Notes under the pieces: model-generated
The model's input: only the letters and a program-made list of their open reading frames with translations
Told to the model about the DNA's origin: nothing
Database searches by the model: none
Assembly (NCBI GenBank): GCA_051530055.1
Contig: CM121343.1
Coordinates: 6,046,389-6,110,388, forward strand
DNA length: 64,000 bases
DNA from: Neoechinorhynchus agilis
Taxonomy: Eukaryota > Animalia > Acanthocephala
Direction: 5' to 3'
Program-made: the position numbers and the translations under genes
Shown: in pieces, positions 23,902 to 34,853 of the stretch
Numbering within the stretch: position 1 is the stretch's first letter
How the letters are laid out: the number at the start of each line of letters is the position of its first letter

Positions 23902-26900
23902 ATGAAACCAATAGCCGAATCGACTATTGATCTGATAAAATCATGGCTAAATCGCTATCTTAAACAGAAAGTAAGCGAATTTTTCAAAGACGTAAAGCCT
24001 AACTTGAGCACCGTCAACGACCATGGTTACATTGGCATTTCAATAGCTGGTCGAAAAAAGTACGAGATTGATGAGTCCACATTTAAAACCGCAGAAGTGA
24101 ATGGTCCACATCACTTAAAACTAATCCACGGGAATGTTGGATTTTGGATGACGCTTAAAGTGGAGATCGATTCGCCAAGTACATTATATGTTGACCTTCA
24201 CAGTATTGATCTGTATTTTTCACTGAAACGGATAAATTCGACCATTATACCCATTGAGCAATCGAACTTGTTCAATACTGGTTGTTCAAAATTACCGCGC
24301 TGGTTGGAAAAACTGACCTTAAAGTGCTCAGAATCCGCAGCTGAAATAGTGGGCGACATCTACTTTGACCGATTAGTTTTTCATTTTCAAAACCAAGTGC
24401 GGCTCAAATTCGATTTGGTGGACGTGGATGGCGCAAAATGTGAGATTTGTTTAAAAAATGTAAAACTCCACGCGAATTTCCCATCTTTGGATAAAATATA
24501 CTTCCAATTTGACCTCGGATGTATGGAGATCTTTCACAATAACAATACAATTCTTAAGGTTGAACTCAGTGAAACTGTTTTTCAAATTTCCGATGGCATT
24601 GTTAGACTGGATATTCGTGAAATGGAAATCGCCTTCGACAGGAGCAACTGGAACTTTTTTTATCCGTGGACAAAGAACGCGACTGGCGACAGTTTAATAG
24701 TTGGTGCAAAAATTACGATAAACAAGTTGTCATTAGACGTTTTTAATTTGATTATATCAAATTCATCCCGATTTGATGTTAATATCAAACTCTTAGACAC
24801 AACAACTATGGAAATCGAAGAAGATACAATCAGAACAAATTTAAATTGTCCTTTTCAATTTCGCGCATGTTTATCGTCTTGTCCCAGTGAAACATTTCTG
24901 TGCCTGGACTCGTCAAATAAACAAGAAATTGTTCTAGAGGCTAACTTAAATCAACAATCAAAAGCATGGAACTTTTCCATGTTATTTTCCAACCACTTAC
25001 AAACCCAGTGCATGATAAATCTTGACATTTTGAAAGACTTACTTAAAGAATTCGACGAGACGATCGGTCTTCATATTAATCCGGCGAGCAAGCTTACAGT
25101 AGAAAGACTAATTATTTCATCTGCTTATGATATAGAAATCACCTTTCGATTCAAAACTTCAGACTTTAACAATGTTGAAAACAACCTGCACGTTAAAATA
25201 GAAACTCATGACAGTAAACAATCTCAAACTCGTTTCCAATTTGAAAGGACTGTATCAAGTGAAAATATATTATTGATTTTCGATATGGCAACGGTTGGTG
25301 TTCTATTACCTTCTTATTCAAATTTCTACCGCAATATTTTGTTAATAAGCCGACAGAACCCCGAGTCTTCCAATCACATCTTTGTAAAGCGTTTACTCGT
25401 ATCCAATGATGATGCAACGGTTGATTTCACTGAGCCTGAAGATCTTTTTCACTATTCATCGTTTGGAGAAGAAGTAATTACACCGAACGGATCTGTCACT
25501 TTATGCAAACCTACCTTGGAAATCGCAATATTTACTGGAATGATGAATATTGGACTCGAAGGGTTGCACAATCCATATTTAACAAACAAAATCAACGAAG
25601 TAATTAATGGGCTGGTTAAAAATGTTTCACAAATAATAGCTATTTATAATTCTACATTTACACGAGTAGCTTCAATATCAGATGTATTATTCAGTTGGCA
25701 TTGTGATCGATGCACATATTTCGCGAATCGTGGATTTTTCAACAATGAAAGCGATGGATTATGTAGACTAAATGATCTTTGTCTATTACAGTGCTGCATA
25801 TTGGCATGTTAAAATAGCTATTGAAAATGCGGACGAAAATTTAGTCTATAATTTTATTCCATCGTTGCGGTACGATATAGTAATCCACTCATAAATTCAA
25901 ATGGCAATTTGATTGACTACTTCGATTGCTGTTTTTCAGCTACCAGACAGCTCGTAGCAGCTATCGCGTTACGGATCTATAAGATTATTCAATGCACGAT
26001 GATTGTGTCAAGTTTTCATCTCTCCGAAGCCATTAAGCAATTCAGAGACCCAGGAGGGTTTAAAAGTATTAAGCAAAAACTAAAAATTCATCGTAGTCTT
26101 ATTACCCTTCGAGGAAAAATTTCCTTGCGCCTTTCGATTTAAAATAATTCAACTATCGTCGTTTAAAATGATTTTCGTAGCTCACGTTTTTCCTTTTTAA
26201 CCGTCACTTTTTTATCAATTTAATCAATATTTAATCTTTTAGTTTGATATATGATTAAGAATAGGTAATGTCCATTTTGTATTATTTTAATTATATCATT
26301 CAAAAGTGCATTCTGAGCTTTACAAATCGTTTGTGGCATCGTTTTACATTTCTCACTGATAAAGGTCTCGTATGCGACATCCAAATGGTCGAAGTTGTTC
26401 TACAGTCCCGTCTGAGTGCTGATTAATAGTAATCCTTTTTAAAAGGAAAAGATTTTGGTTATCCTTAAATATATCACATTTTCCCGGTGGAATTTGTAAA
26501 TCAAATATTTTATCGAAGATTGGTGGCCTTCCTTCGTAAATTTTGCCGGACTTAAATGGTAATTTTTGAATTTACAATGACACAGTCATTTTGAGTAATA
26601 AATAACTGACCTGCCAAATTTGCAATGGACAATAATATCACAAATCGGATTTAAACATAAGAGGGTTTCCAGTAAATAGGGGAAATGTCTTTAAAGGTGG
26701 TTGCAGTACATAAGAAACTTTAGCAGGATGTTTTTGGTCTTGTAAGTTGAGATTAAGAAATACATTAAGGACCAAACTTGTGTTGCACTAAAATTGTCGT
26801 TTGTCTTCTCTTTTTCATCTAACATTTTGACGTTAATCATTGAAAATTTTTGATCTTGCTTAAATATTTCAAAAATGCAGCACTGACATACATTGCGCTT

Positions 26901-29092
26901 ATACCGAGAGAGCAAGGATGGTAAACTGTAGTGTTCAATTTGACGAGATCGAATCATGTCTAGGTAGTGAGTTCTCAATAATAAAACTCCAAGGCGTTAA
27001 AAATGAGGCAATATTGATTTCGAGACAAAATTGCGGCAGTTCAATTAAACCATTGGTTTATTTAAAATTCCAAGTACCTTTGTGTGATGGTCTGCCAACG
27101 AGGATATATGCCTGCGCTCATAAGTTATACTTTGAGGTTGAAGTTGTCAAAAGTAATCCGACGAACAAGACAAAAGATGCCTATTCTTATAGTGATTTCT
27201 ACGTTTCATCTTTAACGACTCCATTTGAATTGGTCTTATCATTCACTGGCATCACCGTCGTTTATAAACATCTGAAACACAATGTTGCCGGATTCGTGTC
27301 TGTGGCTGATAATTTTAACGTGATTGTAAGAAAATCTGCAGAGCAATATTTGGTACGTGTAAATGCTCAAAAAGTTTCTTGGGATGCATTTGATGATTCC
27401 AAAGAAGTAGCCATTGGAGCGCTTGTTCGCTTAGCAATGTATCTAAACACAACAAAATCTAAAAGTATATGGAAAGTATCTGAACTTAAATTTGACTTAA
27501 AAGTAGTGCCAGAATTTTTTAAGTGCTGGCTGTTTAAATGTGCCAATTTGAACGAAGCAGTCACGAGCGAAGGAATCGAAAGTAGTACATTGCCGGATTC
27601 TTCGATAATTGGGTTTGAGGATAATGATAGATTGAATCCTTCGGAAATGTTCAACTCATCGAAAAACCGAACTAAGAATGAATATATAGACGAAGATGAC
27701 ATTGAAGAAATGTACTGTATTCTATCAGAAGGTCCTGGTTTAGGATTCGAACATAAGCCGACGGGGATTTTTTCATACCACATTTATGAGCAATTTTCGG
27801 TTGAGAATTATTTTTCGGATGTTGTGGAAGATGGCAATTATAGCGAGACATTTTTAGAAGATGTTCATTCCCTAAGACATTCGAATCTCATTTGGTGACT
27901 GTACTTTTCACAATTGAGAATCACTGTCCCGCAACCATCTTTTGAGTTCAAAGCTAATGCTGAGTTACAACTCTCGTTAACCAACTGTCCAATAGCGTCC
28001 AAGTATAGACAACATTTCGGTCACTCTGTTTCAAGGACAATTACTTATGAGCAGTGTGTGGACATCGAGATAAAGGGGATAACCGTGCGGGTGATTGACG
28101 AAGCAGATTCTGATCATTTTTTTATTGGATTAAGATCAATGGACGTCAGAGATACTTCTTTATTAGAGTATTCATCAATGGTCTCGCGTTGGGTTACGGA
28201 GAAATATCCAATATGTAGTAGCCACGGACAACAGTTTCTTGTCAAAGGTAGATTACTCCATGAGAATAATAATGAGCTAAAGACATTGAACATACGTATA
28301 AGTGTTGAGCCACTAAAATTAAGGCTGCAGCAGTGTTCTGTTGACTGTCTTACCGAGTATTTATCAAAGGCTCTTAACGAATCCATATCTGAAACCGAAA
28401 ATGTTGTTTTAAAGTCGCCAAAAGTGCCAATATTGCTAAACCGAATAACTTTTTCACCAGATCTTCCAATATGCATCGATTATGGCTTTATTTCTAAACG
28501 ACAACCGTTAAATGATAAACTGAACTTGAATCATTTCCTTATTCCAAACGTGAAAGCTGCTCATTTCTATATTAGAAAATTCACGGTTTGCGACATTCAC
28601 GTTGACACATACTCATCTATTCTATCAGTGATTAATGGCGAAATCGAAAAGTCTATTGCAGAATCCTTAGGCATACAAAAGAGTGACAAACGGTGCCTGT
28701 CCTATGGAACCGGAGCGATTCAACCAACGGTTATTATACGCATGTTTCTAAGGCTCATCGGGTACATGAGACCTTTTTCTTTTATTGTATCAATTTCAAC
28801 GGCTTTCGTGAACCTATTCCGCCTTCCATATATTTCATGGAAAAGAGACGGTCGTCTTTGGCATGGCCTCCGAATCGCTGCTCATCATTTCTTGCCCTTT
28901 GGTGCTTTCAATGCAGTGATTATGCACGGTCTGACATTTTCAATCCATTATTGCTCGTTATTAATGTGGATGGGACGTCATGTGTGCCAGAAAGTGATCT
29001 TCAGAAACCCGTCAAGGAAATCTATTACATTCACGGAGATTCCTACCGACATAGCGAATGATGAAAATAGTGGCCAAGACAATCTAAATTGA
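23902..29092 (+). CDS. ATG2: ATG2-like (VPS13-family) lipid transfer protein, divergent, with one in-frame TGA at 27896-27898
   Basis: Chorein-N-like start MKPIAESTIDLIKSWLNRYLKQKVSEFF. C-terminal ATG2 motifs LRHSNLIW*LY, ISVEPLKLRLQQCSVDCLTEYL, PILLNRITFSPDLPICIDY and FRLPYISWKRDGRLWHGL. Probable intron 25763-25817. The exon structure between 25.9 and 26.9 kb is unresolved. Confidence 0.82.
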
Positions 29093-29700
29093 GTATTCGC
29101 TAATGCTCCAGTTATTATTTTATTATACATTCCAATATTAACTATGTTAAATGTAAAAGTGAAGTCCTTATATTTGATAATATTTATGTATTAAAGTGCA
29201 AGTAAATTCTGGTCACTTACCGTGTTGAAATTAACATTAACAGCTAAATTTCTTGTTATTCTTTATCGTGTAAATAAATCGCCGTTGTTTTTGTTTAACT
29301 GTGATTGCAACCTGTTTTAAACACCCTTCTTTTTTTATTGAACATCTTACTAACGAGCGATCTAAAAGCTTATAAACTCACACACAAACACTGATCCTTC
29401 ATGAAAATGTTATCAGAACCACCCAAATGCTAACAATGCATTTTGTAGCTTCAAAAAAACACTTAGTTCTTTCAATTTCATGCAATCGAATCTGCAACTA
29501 ATCTTGTCTCCAAAGCGTATTGCGATTTAAAGGATTCGGGGACATTGTTTGATCATTTATTCATCCCAGTTTCCAAATCTTTAAAAAAATCAATAAAAAG
29601 CTACGGTATATGAAGCACCTTTCCTTGTAGGTAAAAAATGAATACTGTTCTATCATCTCAAAGCATTTTCATTAAATTTTTCAGTTTCAGTTAATACGCC

Positions 29701-30410
29701 AGAAAAAAGGTAAATCTGACAACCTGATCATTCGATTTCCTTAAGAATGTCTTTAAAACTGTGCCATACGAGCTCGTTGCGCCTGAAAAAAGCTAAATCT
29801 GACATCCTGATCATTTGATTTCCTTAAGAATGTCTTTAAAACTGTGTCATACGAGCTCGTTGCGCCTGAAAAAAGCTAAATCTGACATCCTGATCATTTG
29901 ATTTCCTTAAGAATGTCTTTAAAACTGTGTCATACGAGCTCGTTGCGCCTGAAAAAAGCTAAATCTGACATCCTGATCATTTGATTTCCTTAAGAATGTC
30001 TTTAAAACTGTGCATAGAGTCGTTGCGCCTGAAAAAAGCTAAATCTGACATCCTGATCATTTGATTTCCTTAAGAATGTCTTTAAAACTGTGTCATACGA
30101 GCTCGTTGCGCCTGAAAAAAGCTAAATCTGACATCCTGATCATTTGATTTCCTTAAGAATGTCTTTAAAACTGTGCCATATAAGTTCGTTACGCCTGAAA
30201 AAAGCTGAATCTGACATCCTGATCATTTGATTTCCTTAAGAATGTCTTTAAAACTGTGCCATATGGTTTGTTTTTGTGTTTTTGTGTTGGTGTTGGTGGT
30301 TTGTTGTTTGTTTTTGTGTTTTTGGCCATATAAGTTCGTTACGCCTGAAAAAGGTAAATCTGACGTCCTGATCATTTGATTTCCTTAAGAATGTCTTTAA
30401 AAGTGTGCTG
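29701..30410. repeat. 83-bp tandem repeat, about 8.5 units, with one interrupted unit
   Basis: The marker GAAAAAAG(C/G)TAAATCTGAC recurs at 29785, 29868, 29951, 30031, 30114 and 30197, then at 30347 after a 60-bp insertion plus 7-bp duplication. Confidence 0.95.
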
Positions 30411-31093
30411 CTTTTACAACTTTTCGAATGAGCCACTCATTCAATTCTTAATATATTGCAGATTCAACGAGCACGGTATTTTTTGTCATCGAGAATTGCC
30501 GTCGGGTTTAATTTGATTCGAGTTTGGCGATGTTTTCCCCTTGAATTGTTGTTGGTGTTGATCATTTATTTTAAAATATTTCGTAAGCTTTTTGCTTACC
30601 TCTTCAGTTATATTGTTTTTTAGTAATAGACACTAACAAACAAACAATATAACTGAAGATGTAAGCAAAAAGGTTACAAAATATACAAAATAAATGATCA
30701 ACACCAACAACAATCCGGGGGGGGGACATTGCCAAACTCGAATATTTTTTTATGTAAATCACCAGAATCTGAATTGTTGCTGCTATGCGATGGCATCATC
30801 GCACGAGCAAATTGTAGGGATTTTCTCAAAAGAGGTCATTAATTTACACAGACTCTTTGAAGTCAAATTTGTCGCTGTTAAAAAATCAGAAGCATTTTGT
30901 TTGCAAAAATATAGTCAATAGAAATTGAATAATTTAACATTCTTGATAAAAATTTAAGGACACAAACACGAATTCAATTTGTATTGCATTCTGTGGCCGT
31001 AAATAAATATAAATATTAGCCTTGTTAGTTTGTTAAAAGCATTTATCGATGCGTGCCCATAATAAAAATTTAAACAGATCGGTTGCTTTTTTT

Positions 31094-33361
31094 TCAAACA
31101 AAGTCCAGCCCATTTGCAATAGCAACAATTTCTGGGCCTCTCATATCTTGAGTATACTTATTTTGCTTGAGATCATACCAGGCATCCATGCTTCTTCCTT
31201 TAAAAAGTGAGCAAGGTCGTTTAGTGTTTCCATGGATAAAGTTTGAAATAAATGCGTTAGGTTGTATGAAAGGAAGGTCATGGAAATTTTCGCAAATCAT
31301 TCTTGCCAAGCTTGAGCGCCTTATTTCATTTAACTGATAATTGGAAAATTTAGTAACTGGGTGACTGGTTTCATAATGAAAGCGATCGGTATGTTTAAGT
31401 AGACTGAACTGATTTGTGATAAGACAAGATAGCGTAGGACCTACAAGAGCATTTTTCAAAGGCAACTCACTGATCGCACCAGTTAATAACTCAATGCTGT
31501 TTACATCTCGATATAGGAATGAAAGGAGTGCAATGGTTTCCAAGTCCATTATATCGCCTAGGTCATTGAATCCAGTTAGTCGTGAGAGCCCGCATAACTC
31601 ACGATAGTCATTATATGAAGCTAATCCATGATCACGACCAACCAAGATTGCAGCGGACGGTACGCTCTTTATGAGATCCGGATCATGAAGTGAATGAGCG
31701 AAGTGCCGATCATAACGTCCAGCGTAATCGACCAACATTCCACGCATTAAAGCGTCTATGCCTTGAGTTGAAGTGTTGAAAGCATGATTGATTTTAAAAT
31801 CGTTATCACGAAGACTTATTTCATCGATTTTTACCATATGAGGCGAATACAATGAGAAAGTGTCTCTGAACATTGTCAACATTGACGGTCCAATTGCACT
31901 AGCGATTTCATTTCGCACATTCGGATTCAGTTTCGAATTGTATACCCAATTGTATCCACGAGTTAGAGGTAAAATATCACTATTTAGGGCTACATCCGGA
32001 CCTACCAGGATTGGAAGAAATTCTTTTGCTATAATGTGTTGGTATTGAGCTATATTTATCCTCCTTGCTTCCTGGTATAATTCTTCGTCCTTCCAAAGAG
32101 GATTCATCGTGCTTAATTGCTCAGCTATTCGGTTGTGTTCGCGTATGAAAAGCGTGTAAATTGTCACGGAGCCCATATTTTCATTGATGCGACGATCCCC
32201 CGAGTCGAAGCACTTTCCTTGGTATCCGGTGACACACAGGAACTCGTTTTCCACGAGATTAGGATACTCCATGTCATTAAAATTAACAACGGTGAGTTTT
32301 CCCTTGCGAAAAGATCTTACCCGTTCAGCGTCCTCGTCATTGTTTCCATAGATTGGCGATAGATCCAGCCAGCTCGTGGCAGCGTTAATTTGCTCTCGTG
32401 CCATGAGAGCGCATTTAGGGGACACAAACGTCGATGCTGATCGAGGAAATGTTACACATTCATCTACTAAATAACCAAAGAACATACAATCATCGTTATT
32501 AGGCACATTGCAATCGCATATTTTGCTTCGAGTTCCACGAATCGTCGTTGTGTACAAATCGTTGAAGACTAATTGAGCAAAAATGGGGAATAAGTTCGTG
32601 ATTCTGAAGTCATTTTGACGACGATCGAACATTAGGTTATGAGCTACAATCGATGAATCAGGTAAAGGCAGTGAGTTCGACGAATTGAACCTTGCCGCAC
32701 CCATATAATCGCTGTATTGGGGCGGCAGAAAACGAGCAAACGGCATTTTCGACTTTCCGAACCATGGAAAATCTAAATTGTTGCAAGATCCATCCATTGC
32801 CCTAAACCTCGATCCAGGCGAACACGCATACTGAATGTCATGAAAAGGACAATACTGTTGCGGAATAATAAGCTTACCAAGCATGGAATCAATATTTTCT
32901 AGACCCTTCAATGCCGTTGGTAATTCCGTTGAGTGGCATCCAGCTTTCCTTAACTTTTCCCGAAGAACTTCCAAAGCGTCTAGTGTAATTGCCATCATTT
33001 GAGATGAATGTAAATCTGTTTGTCTGAACGGGTAACTGGATTCGGATTTAGATAACAAGTTGCTTAACGCAACCGGTTTCGGTCTCGATTGAATGCCAGA
33101 AATCAAATTTCCATTTTGAAGTATGTTCATAAGTGCAGCTGTGCAATTGCCGGGTTTAGTCGCACCCTCGTATGGTTTTAGTTGAAACTGATTTCGAATG
33201 TAATTCTCCAATATTACTCGATCGTCGATTGGTCCATACTTATTAGGAGTTGCGAACATTCCTGTTCTCATGAAGTTCGAACATTCCAAATGCGTAAAAT
33301 ACGAAGAAACTAGGAGCCATACTATCCGCATCGCTTGGTATTCGGACTTAAAAAGGTTCAT
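31094..33361 (-). CDS. Secreted animal heme-peroxidase-fold protein (peroxinectin-like), predicted catalytically inactive; coding region intronless
   Basis: 755-aa ORF with FRAMDGSCNNL..PWFG, REQINAATSWLDLSPIYG, GDRRINEN, LFIREHNRIA, GRDHGL and LYRDVNSIELLTGAISE. The distal motif reads FAQLVFND and the proximal motif ASAIGPSML, with no His in either. A likely 5' UTR exon (33439-33534, donor GTAAGT) would make the ATG at 33331 (MRIVWLLVSS) the start. Confidence 0.9.
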   Translation of the reverse strand: MNLFKSEYQAMRIVWLLVSSYFTHLECSNFMRTGMFATPNKYGPIDDRVILENYIRNQFQLKPYEGATKPGNCTAALMNILQNGNLISGIQSRPKPVALSNLLSKSESSYPFRQTDLHSSQMMAITLDALEVLREKLRKAGCHSTELPTALKGLENIDSMLGKLIIPQQYCPFHDIQYACSPGSRFRAMDGSCNNLDFPWFGKSKMPFARFLPPQYSDYMGAARFNSSNSLPLPDSSIVAHNLMFDRRQNDFRITNLFPIFAQLVFNDLYTTTIRGTRSKICDCNVPNNDDCMFFGYLVDECVTFPRSASTFVSPKCALMAREQINAATSWLDLSPIYGNNDEDAERVRSFRKGKLTVVNFNDMEYPNLVENEFLCVTGYQGKCFDSGDRRINENMGSVTIYTLFIREHNRIAEQLSTMNPLWKDEELYQEARRINIAQYQHIIAKEFLPILVGPDVALNSDILPLTRGYNWVYNSKLNPNVRNEIASAIGPSMLTMFRDTFSLYSPHMVKIDEISLRDNDFKINHAFNTSTQGIDALMRGMLVDYAGRYDRHFAHSLHDPDLIKSVPSAAILVGRDHGLASYNDYRELCGLSRLTGFNDLGDIMDLETIALLSFLYRDVNSIELLTGAISELPLKNALVGPTLSCLITNQFSLLKHTDRFHYETSHPVTKFSNYQLNEIRRSSLARMICENFHDLPFIQPNAFISNFIHGNTKRPCSLFKGRSMDAWYDLKQNKYTQDMRGPEIVAIANGLDFV

Positions 33362-34853
33362 TTGATAAATTTTTTTAAAAAAACAGCACCGTTCATGAAT
33401 GGCGCGGAGCGGATAAACGAAATCGATTTTTGACTTACGTTATCTGGCCAGTTCGCTACGTCGTGCCGTAGTATACCAACTGAACGAAAATGCGTGCTGT
33501 ATCACCAATATTTGTGCTATGATTTCATGAATACCTAAATCAAAAATTCTGTATTTTCGATAATTAATTTCTTAAAATAAATTAGTATATTCCATGCTTT
33601 TCACCTTCATGCTGAAGGCATTCTTTGTGCTAACGTAAACAAGCAAAGAGTATCCACTGATATTCTCCAATTTTTAAATAGCCAAACGCCATCTTTATTC
33701 TCCATTACTTCGAGGATGTATCCAGAATTCATGTTTCATGAATCACTGATTCTCGGATAAAAATGGTTTCGTCGTTGCGACCAACCATTTTCGAACCTTG
33801 ATAAAAAACTGACCAATTGTCTCAATGGAGAGAGGTTGGAAAATGAAGAACGACGGATCGAATTATTCGTATTTCTCCCTGTTTCGACACTTCATCGGCT
33901 TCTGAAACTGCAAGGGGAAAGTTGTTTTTAGCAATCGTATTCAGGCAGGTGAATTCCTAAGGAGACTGCTTCTTTCCCATGGAACTTTTGATGTGCCGTT
34001 CGGCTCTCGGAGAGACGGAATGCCTATCACGGATATTATAAAATTAAGTATGTTTGTCCCATAATCCGTTTCGTTTGAAGATTATTCGCGATTACCGGTT
34101 AAAACTTGCAACCTGAATTTAGGGAATATTCTACAATCGTTACCTGTGGTCGTCAATCAGCTTTTAATGGATCCGCAACTTTTAAGTCGCCGAATCCTTT
34201 AAATGAACTCATTTCGTGCTAAAATCATGAGAATTTGATACCGTCTTTCAAAGACTTGTGCTTTTTAAAAATTAAAATATTTAAATGAGTTTCCTTCTAG
34301 TCTATGCATATTGACTATCAATTCGTGAATTAATTCATAAACTTCAAAATCATTTAAAGAACGGTTATTCCAAGATTTCCTTCCACTAATATTCACGGAT
34401 GTCACATTAATTGGTAGTTCTTGGGCGAGATAGTGAACGAAAGCCTTCATATAAACGCAAGTTCCTTTCAATTCAAAATGCAATCAAATGTTGAAGCATA
34501 AAAGTTGATCTGAACATTTCGAAGTCGAAGAAGCTGATCGAAAATCTTTGAAGGTGCTAGATTGCATCAATAGTGTGCTGAGTAATGAAACTATTATATG
34601 ACACTTTAGGTTATAAGTTAAAACTATAGAGCATCACAAATCGCAAGTCCACATTTTAAAAACGACTTTCTAGATTCTTAAAAAGGATCATATATTTTTC
34701 ACGCAAACACTTATTAAATTTAGTGCTCTTAAATTGATTTTATGCAAAGGAAAGTAACTTGTAAATCCACATTAGGCGGCAATTTGATTTCGGTATATCG
34801 AGGCCATATTGATTTACAAATATTACACGGCATTAAAAAGCGGCCTTTTAAAA

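Noticed and set aside
27896-27898. Genome-wide UGA reassignment or selenocysteine
   Set aside because: TGA terminates PDI (after HEEL), the peroxidase, NR2F and ATG2 itself. I saw no SECIS-like element in the AT-rich 3' region by eye, although a SECIS search was not run.
27895-27918. 24-nt GT-AG micro-intron removing the ATG2 stop
   Set aside because: Splicing joins TG to A and recreates TGA, and it would delete the conserved LY residues.
29701-30410. CRISPR-like array (also considered for 58897-59212)
   Set aside because: Units are repeated end to end without unique spacers, there are no cas genes, and the context is eukaryotic.
33600-34500. Gene upstream of the peroxidase
   Set aside because: All frames are broken by stops and there is only faint LINE-like similarity, too weak to annotate.
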